DNA from: Candidatus Bathyarchaeota archaeon
GTDB lineage: Archaea; Thermoproteota; Bathyarchaeia; 40CM-2-53-6
Assembly: GCA_963833125.1 (NCBI GenBank)
Contig: CAWHWX010000004.1
Location: forward strand, 96,001-160,000
Reading direction: 5' to 3'
DNA: 64,000 nucleotides
Each line of letters begins with the position of its first letter. Position 1 is the first letter of the stretch. Under the pieces are notes generated by a model that worked only from the letters and a program-made list of their open reading frames with translations, was not told where the DNA came from and did no database searches. This document shows positions 51,784 to 61,058 of this stretch, in pieces. The position numbers were made by a program, and so were the translations under genes.

Positions 51784-53184
51784 TCAAGCCCCTCTAAGTT
51801 TCAGAGCACGCAAGAGCGCGTCGGCCTTATGTTCGGTTTCAAACCATTCGAGCGTTGGATCAGAATCAGCAACTATTCCCGCACCCGCCTGAATGTACGC
51901 CCGACGCCCATCCGCGACTAGTGTCCGAATCGTTATCGCAAAATCAGCATTGCCATTGTAAGAAAAGTATCCTACTGCGCCAGCATATGGTCCTCTTCGG
52001 CACGGTTCCAGTTCGTCAATAATTTCCATCGCCCTCTTCTTCGGTGCACCTGAGACCGTTCCAGCCGGAAATACGGCCTTGAAGAAATCGATTGCGTCGC
52101 AACTAGGTCTAAGTTGGCCTGATACCCTGGAAACGATGTGTTGCACGTGGCTGTATTTTTGGATGGTCATAAATTCTGGAACTGTAACGGTTCCGAATTC
52201 GCATACCTTTCCAAGATCGTTTCTGGCCAAATCAGTTAGCATGATGTGTTCTGCTCTCTCTTTGGGATCGTTAAGCAACTCGTCTGCCAATCGGTCATCT
52301 TCTTTAGCGTTCTTGCCTTTCGGGCGTGTTCCAGCAATTGGGAATGTGTCAGCACGTTTGCCTTCGAGTCTTCCAAGCATTTCAGGACTTGAACCCACTA
52401 TCGCCCTTCTTTTCATCTTGAGGAAATACATGTAAGGTGAGGGGTTGATGTCGCGCAACGCCTGATAGAAGTCGATTAGATCTCCTTTGAACGAGAACTC
52501 GAACCGTTTGGATAATACTGCTTGAAAGATATCTCCGGCTTTGATGTAGCGTTTCGCTTTTCGGACCATGCCTTCGAATTTTTCTTTGGTGATGTTTGTG
52601 CTTGGTTTCTTCGCGACTAACGTTTTTGCTTTAGGCTGTTGGCCCAGTAGGCGTTCTAACTGTCGAATTCTATTATCGGTGTACCAGTAATAGTAAGCTT
52701 GGCCGGTTAGATGATCAAAGACTATTCCATCGTCGTATACTCCGAACTCGAAGTCAGGGAACGCTAAATCGTCTTTGGCACGTTTGGGAAGCGATTCGAG
52801 GTAGCGTATCGCGTCATAAGAGAAGTAGCCTACGAGTCCACCTACAAAACGGATCCCGCGGTAGGTTGTGAAATTTTCCGCTAGAACTCTCCGAAGGGCC
52901 AGAAATGGATCAGGGGTTTCAAATGTTGAGGAGTTATTTCCAATGGAGGATGTTTCTCGGTATCTTCGGTTTTTTACTTCAACGATTCTTGAGGGCGAGA
53001 ACCCGATGAATGAGTACTGTGCAAGTTTCCTGGGGCCTTCGGCGGATTCCAAGAGGTAGCAATAATCGCTGTGGTTGCTAAGAACTCGAAATGTGTGTAG
53101 AGGATTTTCGGAATACCGGAACTTTTGGAGCTTCAGCCTATGATCTGCTTGAGTGATCGTTTGAGCGTTTCTTCCAAAGGCCAT
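51784..53184 (-). CDS. trpE: Anthranilate synthase component I
   Basis: LLES, NPSPYM, PIAGT, KERAEH, GTVSGAPK, AITIRT. Confidence 0.96.
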   Translation of the reverse strand: MAFGRNAQTITQADHRLKLQKFRYSENPLHTFRVLSNHSDYCYLLESAEGPRKLAQYSFIGFSPSRIVEVKNRRYRETSSIGNNSSTFETPDPFLALRRVLAENFTTYRGIRFVGGLVGYFSYDAIRYLESLPKRAKDDLAFPDFEFGVYDDGIVFDHLTGQAYYYWYTDNRIRQLERLLGQQPKAKTLVAKKPSTNITKEKFEGMVRKAKRYIKAGDIFQAVLSKRFEFSFKGDLIDFYQALRDINPSPYMYFLKMKRRAIVGSSPEMLGRLEGKRADTFPIAGTRPKGKNAKEDDRLADELLNDPKERAEHIMLTDLARNDLGKVCEFGTVTVPEFMTIQKYSHVQHIVSRVSGQLRPSCDAIDFFKAVFPAGTVSGAPKKRAMEIIDELEPCRRGPYAGAVGYFSYNGNADFAITIRTLVADGRRAYIQAGAGIVADSDPTLEWFETEHKADALLRALKLRGA

Positions 53185-53237
53185 ACCCCATTTTAGTCAC
53201 TGTTCCAGCGTATGCCGCATATGTGACGCTGATACGT

Positions 53238-53270
53238 TATTTAAAGCTACAGAGTACAGAAATGTACTCT
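53238..53270 (-). promoter_or_regulatory. trp promoter: TTTAAATA TATA box with adjacent palindrome AGAGTACA-N4-TGTACTCT
   Basis: TATA at 53238-53245; perfect 8-bp inverted repeat 53251-53270 whose half-sites resemble the TRP box TGTACA. Confidence 0.7.
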
Positions 53271-53329
53271 CGCCTTATCTGGCTCGAAAACCGATACTCA
53301 ATGGATCTCTTTGCGATGACACTTTTCCG

Positions 53330-53516
53330 GGTAACGTCAACTTGTCGGGGTTGCTGCTTCAAATCGCTTCGTGTGGGGGGATCGAGGCGTAAAATGGGGC
53401 GCGGGTTGCCTTCGTTTGGCACCGTTTGGCTCCACCCCTCGAGGGGTGGAGCCACCCTCCTAATTCCGCTCAGAAAACAAGAAGAATCTCTTAACAACCG
53501 TTAACTTGACGTTACC
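53330..53516. mobile_element. 187-bp non-autonomous MITE, IS6-like ends
   Basis: TIRs GGTAACGTCAACTT / GGTAACGTCAAGTT (13/14); 8-bp direct repeat CTTTTCCG at 53322-53329 and 53517-53524; no transposase. Confidence 0.85.
53427..53454. repeat. Perfect 28-bp GC-rich palindrome inside the MITE
   Basis: TGGCTCCACCCCTC|GAGGGGTGGAGCCA. Confidence 0.95.
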
Positions 53517-53802
53517 CTTTTCCGGCGCCACCATAATCTGCTAACAGGGCGAGTTAGTAAACTCTGACCTTGTACTGACGAAGTTGCTGACGCTCAGATT
53601 TTCACGTGAACTTTGCCAGGTTGCCGGGCCAGCCTGGCTCGGATAATGTATTCTTTCGTTAGGCTGGTAAGGTTCTGAACGTGGGCCGGTTTCACCCAAT
53701 GATTTGGTGATTTCACCCTGCAAATTTGGGTTCTATATCGAAGGCCTATCAAATGACCGCTTTTTGTCGTCAATATATGCGGGTTACGGGGTCTTTGTAC
53801 CT

Positions 53803-54158
53803 GTGGGTCTAACAAAGGGCGAGTTCGATGCCCTCAGGTCCTGGATAGCCGATCTGCCTGATGTTTCTAGTGGGTCGCATAGTTTGGCGGGATCGAATTC
53901 AAAGTTCATGGTTTGGAGTTCATGCACTTCCACTGCCAAACGCAACTCGACATTCGACTGTCGATTTCCGACCAAGCTCGTGTTTTAACGGAAGGAAAGG
54001 CCGAGAGACATCTCTACGCTCCCCAGGCGGGCTGGGTCACGTTCAGAATCAAATCAAACGAGGATGTCGATAAGGCGAAGGAGATCGTGCGGTTAGCTCA
54101 CAACCATGCGTTAACCGTGATGGAAGAACATCTAACGAAAAGAGAAACTGCGAAATAG
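53803..54158 (+). CDS. DUF5519/luciferase-like family protein (frameshift near 53882)
   Basis: LPDV...H(R)FGGIEF...EFMHFH....LDIRL...GKAERH...GWV. Confidence 0.7.
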
Positions 54159-54321
54159 GTTCGAACGTCTCAAACCATAAATTTCTTTCAATCACGATCG
54201 ATGGATAACCTCTCTTTCTGTATCCAAGCGACCAATCAAATCCAAAATACTGGAAAAAGCCATTGATCTCGTTGGAGATAGAGAATTAATAGTCGACGAA
54301 TTTCTTGTTACTTGTAGAGCC

Positions 54322-54847
54322 GTGCCTATGAACCTCCTTTTGCGTGTCACGCTGTTGAGCATGTACGTAGTGCTGTTGCTTCCCTACGCGCCTGCGCTGG
54401 GCGCAACAACCCTCCCACGTGCCTCCGACCCAGAACTCACATTGTCAGCTAATCCTTCAGCCGCAGTTATCAAAGTGGGAGATAATGCGACGATCAACCT
54501 AACCCTCACAAGTTTGAACATTTCGGGGTCGGCTTGTTTTGAGGAGCAGGGCTTTCCTAGTTCAGGGTTCACGCTTACCCTTCCTCCCGCAGTGCACACA
54601 GTTACGACCACCGACGACAATTACCCAGCTCATCGTTGTTGCTACGCCCGCTGCTGCGCCACAAAATTTCACGGCAACCATACTAGCAACGATTGGAAAT
54701 CTAACCGCTTCGACCCCATTGACTATAACGGTTATCCCAGCAATCCCCGCCTGGATTCCTTGGCTAGGAATCCTCCTATTCTTCCTGGTAATCGGATTGG
54801 CGTTGACGGTGAAGCCTCGGAAACTTAGGAAAGGGAAGGGTAAATGA
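54322..54847 (+). CDS. Secreted Ig-like protein with C-terminal membrane anchor (frameshift near 54578)
   Basis: Signal peptide, LTLSANPS...GDNATINLTL, C-terminal TM plus basic tail in second frame. Confidence 0.7.
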
Positions 54848-54854
54848 AAAATGG

Positions 54855-55124
54855 GTGAATGAATATCCGAATGGGGCTAGAAACGGAATGTTCCCCCACC
54901 TCAAACTACAAACTGCCGCAGGAACCGTACTGACTGTTGTTGGATTAGTGGGAATGCTCATCTCATTTCAAGTACAGAAATCGGATATCGATCCCACAGC
55001 CCTAATGATTGCCTTTGTATCCATCTCCGTCTCAATAATTGGCATCTCATTGATAATCGAAAACCCAGCCTCACCAAAGAACAGCGCCACGGAAAGCAAC
55101 AATAAATTGAACGAGCACCGGTAA
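54855..55124 (+). CDS. Small 2-TM membrane protein
   Basis: Two hydrophobic helices; follows upstream gene. Confidence 0.6.
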   Translation: MNEYPNGARNGMFPHLKLQTAAGTVLTVVGLVGMLISFQVQKSDIDPTALMIAFVSISVSIIGISLIIENPASPKNSATESNNKLNEHR

Positions 55125-55287
55125 GCCTACATCACTCCCTGTTCATTCTTAACCAGATCCAACTGGAGCATTTAGGCAGTTCAAGCAAAGGAAACAGCCT
55201 CTGTCTCAAAACGGGAAAACGAGAAGACATCACAACTGATGGCATACACTCTTCACCATCAATTAGAACTAGAGAAGGCAGCATGAA

Positions 55288-55602
55288 ATGAAATTTTGCG
55301 ATAAGTGCGGGGGCTACATGATGATGACTAAGGAAGGGTATGTTTGTTCAAAGTGCGGCAACCAAATGAAAACTGAGATAGTCGACGTCGTGAAAATTAA
55401 GGCAGCCGATAATCCAACTGAAATCCTAGACACCTCGAAACTGGAATACATGAAAGTAAATGAGCCATGCCCTCTCTGCGGCAACAACGAAGCGTTCCAC
55501 AGTTTAGGCTTCGTATCCGGCGAACACGCAGGCGTACGGCAGGAGAGAGCAATGGAACGATTCACATGCACCAAATGTGGTCATTCATGGAGCAAAGAGT
55601 AA
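55288..55602 (+). CDS. TFS/RpoM-family double zinc-ribbon protein lacking the acidic DE hairpin
   Basis: MKFCDKCG...CSKCG...CPLCGNNEA...CTKCGHSW; no QTRxxDE motif. Confidence 0.85.
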   Translation: MKFCDKCGGYMMMTKEGYVCSKCGNQMKTEIVDVVKIKAADNPTEILDTSKLEYMKVNEPCPLCGNNEAFHSLGFVSGEHAGVRQERAMERFTCTKCGHSWSKE

Positions 55603-55776
55603 AGCGGGGAAGAGTCCCCTGCTAAACTTTTCTTTCCCAGGACGATCGCAACTAGGTAGTCGAAAACGTCAGTTTCGAATGTTAATCAAATAGGCACCGC
55701 AAATTGAATTTTCGAATCTGGACCATGAATCGTGCAAAATCTCTTATAATACATGAACCAAGGGCGACTGGATACG

Positions 55777-55942
55777 ATGGAGACGATTAAGCCCCGACGT
55801 GAAGGAGCGTGACGTTCTGGTTCTAAGGGAGGGTAAAGGGCAGTCGATCTGTACGTGTGACGGCAGCCTCCCTCAGACTGATGGCAAGAATATCGTTCCC
55901 ACCTGCGCCAGATGCGGCGGACGTATTCTCCAACTGCGCTAA
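55777..55942 (+). CDS. Cys-rich microprotein (CxC...CxxC), probable single-base insertion near 55792
   Basis: METIKP(D)VKERDVLVLREGKGQSICTCDGSLPQTDGKNIVPTCARCGGRILQLR; TTATAAT ~30 nt upstream. Confidence 0.55.
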
Positions 55943-56066
55943 GCAACTCTACGAGATTTTCCTGCTGTTATTCAGTCGCTTTGGCTTAGTCCGCTGGCCG
56001 CGAATCTTCAAGCAGTTTGGAAATTGTGATTTCTGGGGTATAGATCAATCGGCGGCATGATTCAGA

Positions 56067-56180
56067 TTAACGTCTCCAAGTTTGCGCCCCAAGAAATGAA
56101 GTGCAGTTGAGGCAGACCGTATCCCCATTGGAGCCTGCAAGGAATACGCATCCGCACTCTGAACAATTGACGTGGTGCAA
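56067..56180 (-). CDS. 37-aa zinc-finger microprotein
   Basis: MHHVNCSECGCVFLAGSNGDTVCLNCTSFLGAQTWRR; TTATATA box ~45 nt upstream. Confidence 0.6.
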   Translation of the reverse strand: MHHVNCSECGCVFLAGSNGDTVCLNCTSFLGAQTWRR

Positions 56181-56300
56181 GGAATCGCCAGGGTTAGCTT
56201 ACGTAAGGTCGTTCACGGACGTATATAACTCACTTTACTCGCGATTGCCCGGTTCTTTGAAATAACTAAACAATCGGAGGTCTAGATTTGGTGAACCTAA

Positions 56301-56739
56301 TCAGTAGTGGTCCGGAACCGGACCATCGGGAGATTCTTCCGGATGATCATACAACTCGATAAAGTTCCCGTCAGGATCTTTGATGTAAGCAACGTGATGG
56401 CCGCTTGATGTAGTCCAAATGTCTTCAGTTGATGCAAGCTCCTTAGTGGACGGTTGGATCCCTAATTCCGAAAGTCGCTGCAAGGTCTCGGCGACATTAC
56501 CTACCCTGACGCCGATGTGATCGAGACCCTCACCTGGAAAGTAAGGGGTCGCGTCAGGGTGAGCTTTTGGCGTACCAATTCAATTCGAGCCTCTGCCCCG
56601 ATTGCCGATCCTTGAAAAGAACATACTTCGACTCCTTACCACTATAACCCGCTAACTCCACTAGATCGAAGAGCTTCATGTAGAAACGTTTGGAACGTTC
56701 AAAGTCAGTTACTCGAATTCCAAAATAACTTATCCACAT
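56301..56739 (-). CDS. VOC/glyoxalase family protein (frameshift near 56555)
   Basis: GIRVTDFERSKRFY, LELNWY, GLDHIG, YIKDPDGNFIEL. Confidence 0.88.
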
Positions 56740-56822
56740 GAGATCGCAGCACGACTGAGCGCGGTAATAAGGAAACTGATAACTCTCGTCCTCACTTTAC
56801 CACGTAATGAAAGCTGTTCCGT

Positions 56823-57309
56823 TTATTGTGACGTTATCATTTCTGACGCAGACTTCTTGCGTGCGAAATCTCTTTCGAGTGCTACCACGTATTTGTCCCA
56901 GACTTCGTGGGTGGTTTTCACGTCTTGTGCTTTGGTGGGCGCCCTGCTTATCTTGTAATGCTCCTTGAACTTCATATCAAGTCTAGTCTTTCGCGGTCCG
57001 AGTGAGGTAAGGGCATAATCCCCTACTTCATCGTCCTCATCACCGGTAAAGTCGAGGTGCCACGCCTTGGGAGGGTAGAGCGTAACGACATCCACTGCGC
57101 TTCTTGGCGTACCTCGACTTTTATAGTTCACAACGTAAACCACCCGATGCTTGTTCTTTAGCAGTATCTTGCGTTTTGACTTTGAACCAGTTAGCTTTGG
57201 ATCCGCTGTCCCTATAATCCGTACACCAATCATAGACAAATCGAAGAGGGGCTTTGATTGTCTTTGAAACATGCAGGGCGTGACTCTCCGTATACGTTCT
57301 CTTTGCCAA
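56823..57309 (-). CDS. SRPBCC-like protein (frameshift near 57204)
   Basis: VSKTIKAPLRFVYDWCTDY...DP start; C-terminal helix WDKYVVALE. Confidence 0.65.
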
Positions 57310-57459
57310 ATTGAACACGTTCGATCAGTGTTGACGCCTGGATGCTTAAGTTTCTTTCGTATGAGTCATTTTGATACCTGGTGGAATGCACGTTAGATTA
57401 GTGGACTTTTACCACTCAGAATTAAGAATCCCGCATAAACCTTCAGAGAGCGAGTTCCT

Positions 57460-58221
57460 TTGACAACACGTAGCGTTGGTATTGTGTTTCTAACTTTGCT
57501 CGTTGGGATCGCTGTTGGCGTTATTGCGAATACTATCCCTGTTGCAGCCAATCCGTGCACTGTTCAAACTGGATCATTGATCACGGGATCATACTATAGC
57601 AACCCGAATATCGCGGTAATAGTACCAATCTCTGCGCAATGTTCGTTCACCGGCGGTCAATTGACCGTAGTAGGGAACGCCTATGAGGCAACTACGGGTT
57701 CGAACCTAGGTTCATCGAACACAATTCTACTATCGGCAGACGGTAGTAGTATCTACAAGGGTCAACTTGTCTTCACCCTCTCAACAAGTGAAGAATGGCA
57801 CACAGTACGAATTTCGATCTCCATCTATAATGAACAGACCGGATCATCGATCTTAAGCACGACTGAAACAGCTGGGGTTGATCCGAATACTAAGTACGTC
57901 AATTTCGCTAGCTGTTACACCGGTATTGCTTGTGACACGATTTACGATTATTGCCAATCACCAAACGGCAATAGCACGATGCAATGTGTCGGTTACTTGT
58001 ACCGGAACCCGAACGGATGCTTAGAACTTGTCATTCCAGTATACAGCCCTTACGGGTTCTTGTCCTACCAGTATTACACCCTACAGAACCTACCATCGTC
58101 CACACCCCCAATCGGGACATGGGCGATCACGACTGGACAAATGCACATAGGCTACAATTCCGCCCCGAACGGAGCCGCCTGCCCAGGCAACTACATCACG
58201 GTAAACTCATTATCTCCATAG
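57460..58221 (+). CDS. Secreted Cys-containing protein
   Basis: Signal peptide; paired Cys; C-terminal GYL...GC.EL...YY.L.NL...C.G module. Confidence 0.7.
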   Translation: MTTRSVGIVFLTLLVGIAVGVIANTIPVAANPCTVQTGSLITGSYYSNPNIAVIVPISAQCSFTGGQLTVVGNAYEATTGSNLGSSNTILLSADGSSIYKGQLVFTLSTSEEWHTVRISISIYNEQTGSSILSTTETAGVDPNTKYVNFASCYTGIACDTIYDYCQSPNGNSTMQCVGYLYRNPNGCLELVIPVYSPYGFLSYQYYTLQNLPSSTPPIGTWAITTGQMHIGYNSAPNGAACPGNYITVNSLSP

Positions 58222-58315
58222 AAGCACGAGACAGACATCCACCTTGTTACGTCACAAATGAACCACTACGGGCTTTACGCCCCATGCTTAAGGCAATCCG
58301 TTCATCCTTAGTCCG

Positions 58316-59662
58316 CTAGTTCTTTCCCAAGGAACACAATGGATCCCAAAAAGACAAAACTACGGGCTCGGCATCGAGGATCTTCAGCAATTCTTGGGAC
58401 AGGTACTCTTTCCTGACAACAACTTCATAGAGATATTGATCAAACCACTCATCCATCATATACATGAATCCTTGATCCCCAATGGCGGCTCCCCAACTGT
58501 TTTCAACTCGCCACTTTCTCGGTTTGCCTTGCTCATCGAGGTCAACCCCAGTAAGCACCATGGCGTGGGTCATTTCACTATCTTCATAATCCAATCTGGC
58601 AGCTTTATCGAGTAGGAATTGCGTGCCGTAGACTGATTCGTAGTCGTATATGCTCAGATCCATTGCCCCCATGTCCGTCTGAAGCATCTTGGTCACGTCG
58701 CAACCGAACCATACCGCACGATTTCCTTTGATCATGTCTATGGTTGCCTTCTTCATGGTCTCCAAGTCGACGTTTAGATAGCGGGTATCTTGTCCGCCGA
58801 CCACATTACCGACATATTGGACAGTGTACATTTTGTTGAACGGTTTGTTGGGAGCATTGATCAGGGTCACGAAATCATCAAGCGCTATCCCGATGTACTC
58901 GTTGTAAAACTGAACTGGTGTGATGTTCCCCCTTCTGTGGAACAAGCCGTCTTTGTCACGCCACTCCCAGTCAAACGTCTCTTGAGGAACACCCAGGTTG
59001 ATGCACAGCATCTTGTAGAATTCATCCATGAACTCACCCTTCTTCTCCCTTAGCTCCGACTCGGAGGCTCCACTCTCATTCATTTCACGCAGTACCTTAG
59101 CGTATTCTCTTAGTTTCGAGGCGAGTAGAGCGTTCATGGGGTCGGAATTATTGCTGTTGGCCGTTTCTGGCATGAACGTCTTTGGTATGACGCCGTATTT
59201 CCTTATGAGATTCACAAACATATTCCACTCGCCACCGTCTGACGTTGGATCGGAAAGAAGCGAATTGACCAACCTGCCGTCCAGGGGCTCTTCCTTTGTT
59301 TCAATAATGGTTTCTAAGAAGTAGTTGGCTTTCTCTAGTTTGTCCCAAAACATTTGGTATATTTCAGAGAGCTCAAATGTCTTCAGGTTCAACTTTTTCA
59401 TGGCTTCAAGAGAGAGCACGCTCAGCCCCGAGAAAAGCCAGCATCTCCCCGATCTTTCTTGGTTGGCCGCATCTGGGGATTCGATAAGATTACTGAAGGT
59501 GAAGTTTTGCCTATCTACCTCCTTTCTACTCAAAGCTACTGCGGCTATTCCATTCTCTGTAACGGCGTTCAAGGCAAGTGTGTTTCTTGGGTTCCTGTCG
59601 AATGCTCGCGAGAAGCGTCTTATGTCATCAAAACTCAACCCTTTTTCCAAGAGCGTTTCCAA
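58316..59662 (-). CDS. pepC: Aminopeptidase C / bleomycin hydrolase (C1B)
   Basis: NQERSGRCWLF, DKLEKAN, DGGEW, WFGCD, THAM, VENSWG. Confidence 0.95.
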   Translation of the reverse strand: METLLEKGLSFDDIRRFSRAFDRNPRNTLALNAVTENGIAAVALSRKEVDRQNFTFSNLIESPDAANQERSGRCWLFSGLSVLSLEAMKKLNLKTFELSEIYQMFWDKLEKANYFLETIIETKEEPLDGRLVNSLLSDPTSDGGEWNMFVNLIRKYGVIPKTFMPETANSNNSDPMNALLASKLREYAKVLREMNESGASESELREKKGEFMDEFYKMLCINLGVPQETFDWEWRDKDGLFHRRGNITPVQFYNEYIGIALDDFVTLINAPNKPFNKMYTVQYVGNVVGGQDTRYLNVDLETMKKATIDMIKGNRAVWFGCDVTKMLQTDMGAMDLSIYDYESVYGTQFLLDKAARLDYEDSEMTHAMVLTGVDLDEQGKPRKWRVENSWGAAIGDQGFMYMMDEWFDQYLYEVVVRKEYLSQELLKILDAEPVVLSFWDPLCSLGKN

Positions 59663-59748
59663 CAGGGATGTGTATTTTCATGCATAGCTAAAACGTGTTG
59701 TGCCTCTGTTCCTGCTAGGGGTGCTAAGAAGAGAAGAGTTGTTTACTG

Positions 59749-60198
59749 TTACCATTCTTCGCTTATTGCGACGATACGCACGGGTTTTACTTTGATCAGA
59801 TACCGTTCAATGGCCAAAAGCTTTGACACAAGCTCAGCATTTCCTGATTCTTTCCCTAGATACCGGCGGTAGATGCTGATTGTTCTTGATTTGGATGGAT
59901 TAGTTTCCAGATCATGATCTTTGACTAGTTCTGCTTCTCCTTTGACCATGACCTGTTTTACATTGAATTTGCTGATGGGCTCCTTGTAGGTATCAATTAT
60001 CAAGCTGACCAGTTTATCTCGCCTAACGTGTTCGACTTTCACTGTCTTTGCCTGAGCTGGAATCCAGAAATCTTCTCCATCAAATTCAAACCAGACCGGC
60101 ACGACATGAGGCCAGCCCGCATCGCTAGTAGCCAGCCGCGCGAGCAGCGACTTATCCAGATATTGACGAATTTCATCGGACTTCATTTTGCGGCGCAT
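59749..60198 (-). CDS. PPOX/split-barrel protein
   Basis: LARLATSDAGWPHVVPVWF, KVEHVRRD..VSL. Confidence 0.85.
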   Translation of the reverse strand: MRRKMKSDEIRQYLDKSLLARLATSDAGWPHVVPVWFEFDGEDFWIPAQAKTVKVEHVRRDKLVSLIIDTYKEPISKFNVKQVMVKGEAELVKDHDLETNPSKSRTISIYRRYLGKESGNAELVSKLLAIERYLIKVKPVRIVAISEEW

Positions 60199-60331
60199 GA
60201 GAAGGGATGATGTCTCCGGTCACTTATGATTCTAGCTTCCTCGTTTACTTTTCTTTATGTAATAACTCGGATCCGCAGATCGTGAAGCTGCCCGACAGTT
60301 ATTTCCTCATGGTGGCAACGAAAGAGGAAGG

Positions 60332-60535
60332 TTATGTTTGGTTTGACGGTGTGTCTACAAGGTGAATCGTAAGTGGCTTCTGGATAGGGGATACTTGATC
60401 TGTATGAGCCTTGCGGCGGATGTTGCGACGCATTACATACCCGCGGAGGTTTAGGTACTCCATATAGTCATCCAGGACCTCTGATGCATCGCCGTTTCCT
60501 CTTTCATGAACGTATTCGACTACGAAACTTTTCAA
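60332..60535 (-). CDS. Small hypothetical protein
   Basis: 67-aa TTG ORF with protein-like composition. Confidence 0.45.
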   Translation of the reverse strand: MKSFVVEYVHERGNGDASEVLDDYMEYLNLRGYVMRRNIRRKAHTDQVSPIQKPLTIHLVDTPSNQT

Positions 60536-60787
60536 TTCTATCTCATTCCTTTACTATCTTGATAGATAACCATACATACAGATAACGATTCATCCATGAA
60601 CCGTGTCAATTTAGCCACTTCACGCATGAGCAAAGATCCCCTTAATCTATTTGCGCCAGGCTTCTAGGCCTAATTCAAATCGACAGGACGTCATACGCCC
60701 AAGTTTTGAACTTAATTACAGATTTCGACTGTGAATGCTACTTATCCCATGCAAAGTCAGAATGATGTGTATAACGTATGATATCTT

Positions 60788-60840
60788 GGGAAAAAGAAGA
60801 GACGGCTCTCTTAGGAAGGCGCGAAAGTACGCCTAGAGAG
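60788..60840 (-). terminator. Hairpin plus pyrimidine/T-rich terminator after the YQP gene
   Basis: CTCTCTAGG...CCTAAGAGAG stem followed by TCTCTTCTTTTTCCC on the minus strand. Confidence 0.55.
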
Positions 60841-60843
60841 GTG

Positions 60844-61041
60844 TCACTGGACCCTGTACGCTTGCGGTTGATAGGAGTAGTACTGGGCAGGTGGCTGATA
60901 TGAGTAATACTGCGTAGCTGGCTGATAGTAGGACTGCATGGGTGCTTGATAGTAGCACATCTCAGTGGGTGGTTGATAGTACTGGGCAGGAGGTTGATAG
61001 TAGTAGTATTGGGCTGCTGGCTGATAAAATGACATTGACAT
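60844..61041 (-). CDS. 65-aa Tyr/Gln/Pro tandem-repeat protein
   Basis: MSMSFYQPAAQYYYYQPPAQYYQPPTEMCYYQAPMQSYYQPATQYYSYQPPAQYYSYQPQAYRVQ; GGAGG SD at 61053-61057. Confidence 0.8.
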   Translation of the reverse strand: MSMSFYQPAAQYYYYQPPAQYYQPPTEMCYYQAPMQSYYQPATQYYSYQPPAQYYSYQPQAYRVQ

Positions 61042-61058
61042 TCTTGTTTTCGCCTCCT

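Noticed and set aside
5305-53184. Pseudogenisation of aromatic amino acid pathways
   Set aside because: One indel per affected gene, intact catalytic motifs and a similar indel rate in unrelated genes point to sequencing error
53197-53220. uORF MRHTLEQ as a trp attenuator peptide
   Set aside because: No Trp codons, and its ATG lies at or upstream of the expected TSS
53541-53815. Short ORFs beside the MITE as a disrupted trpY or transposase remnant
   Set aside because: Removing the MITE restores no recognisable ORF; no HTH-ACT or DDE motif seen
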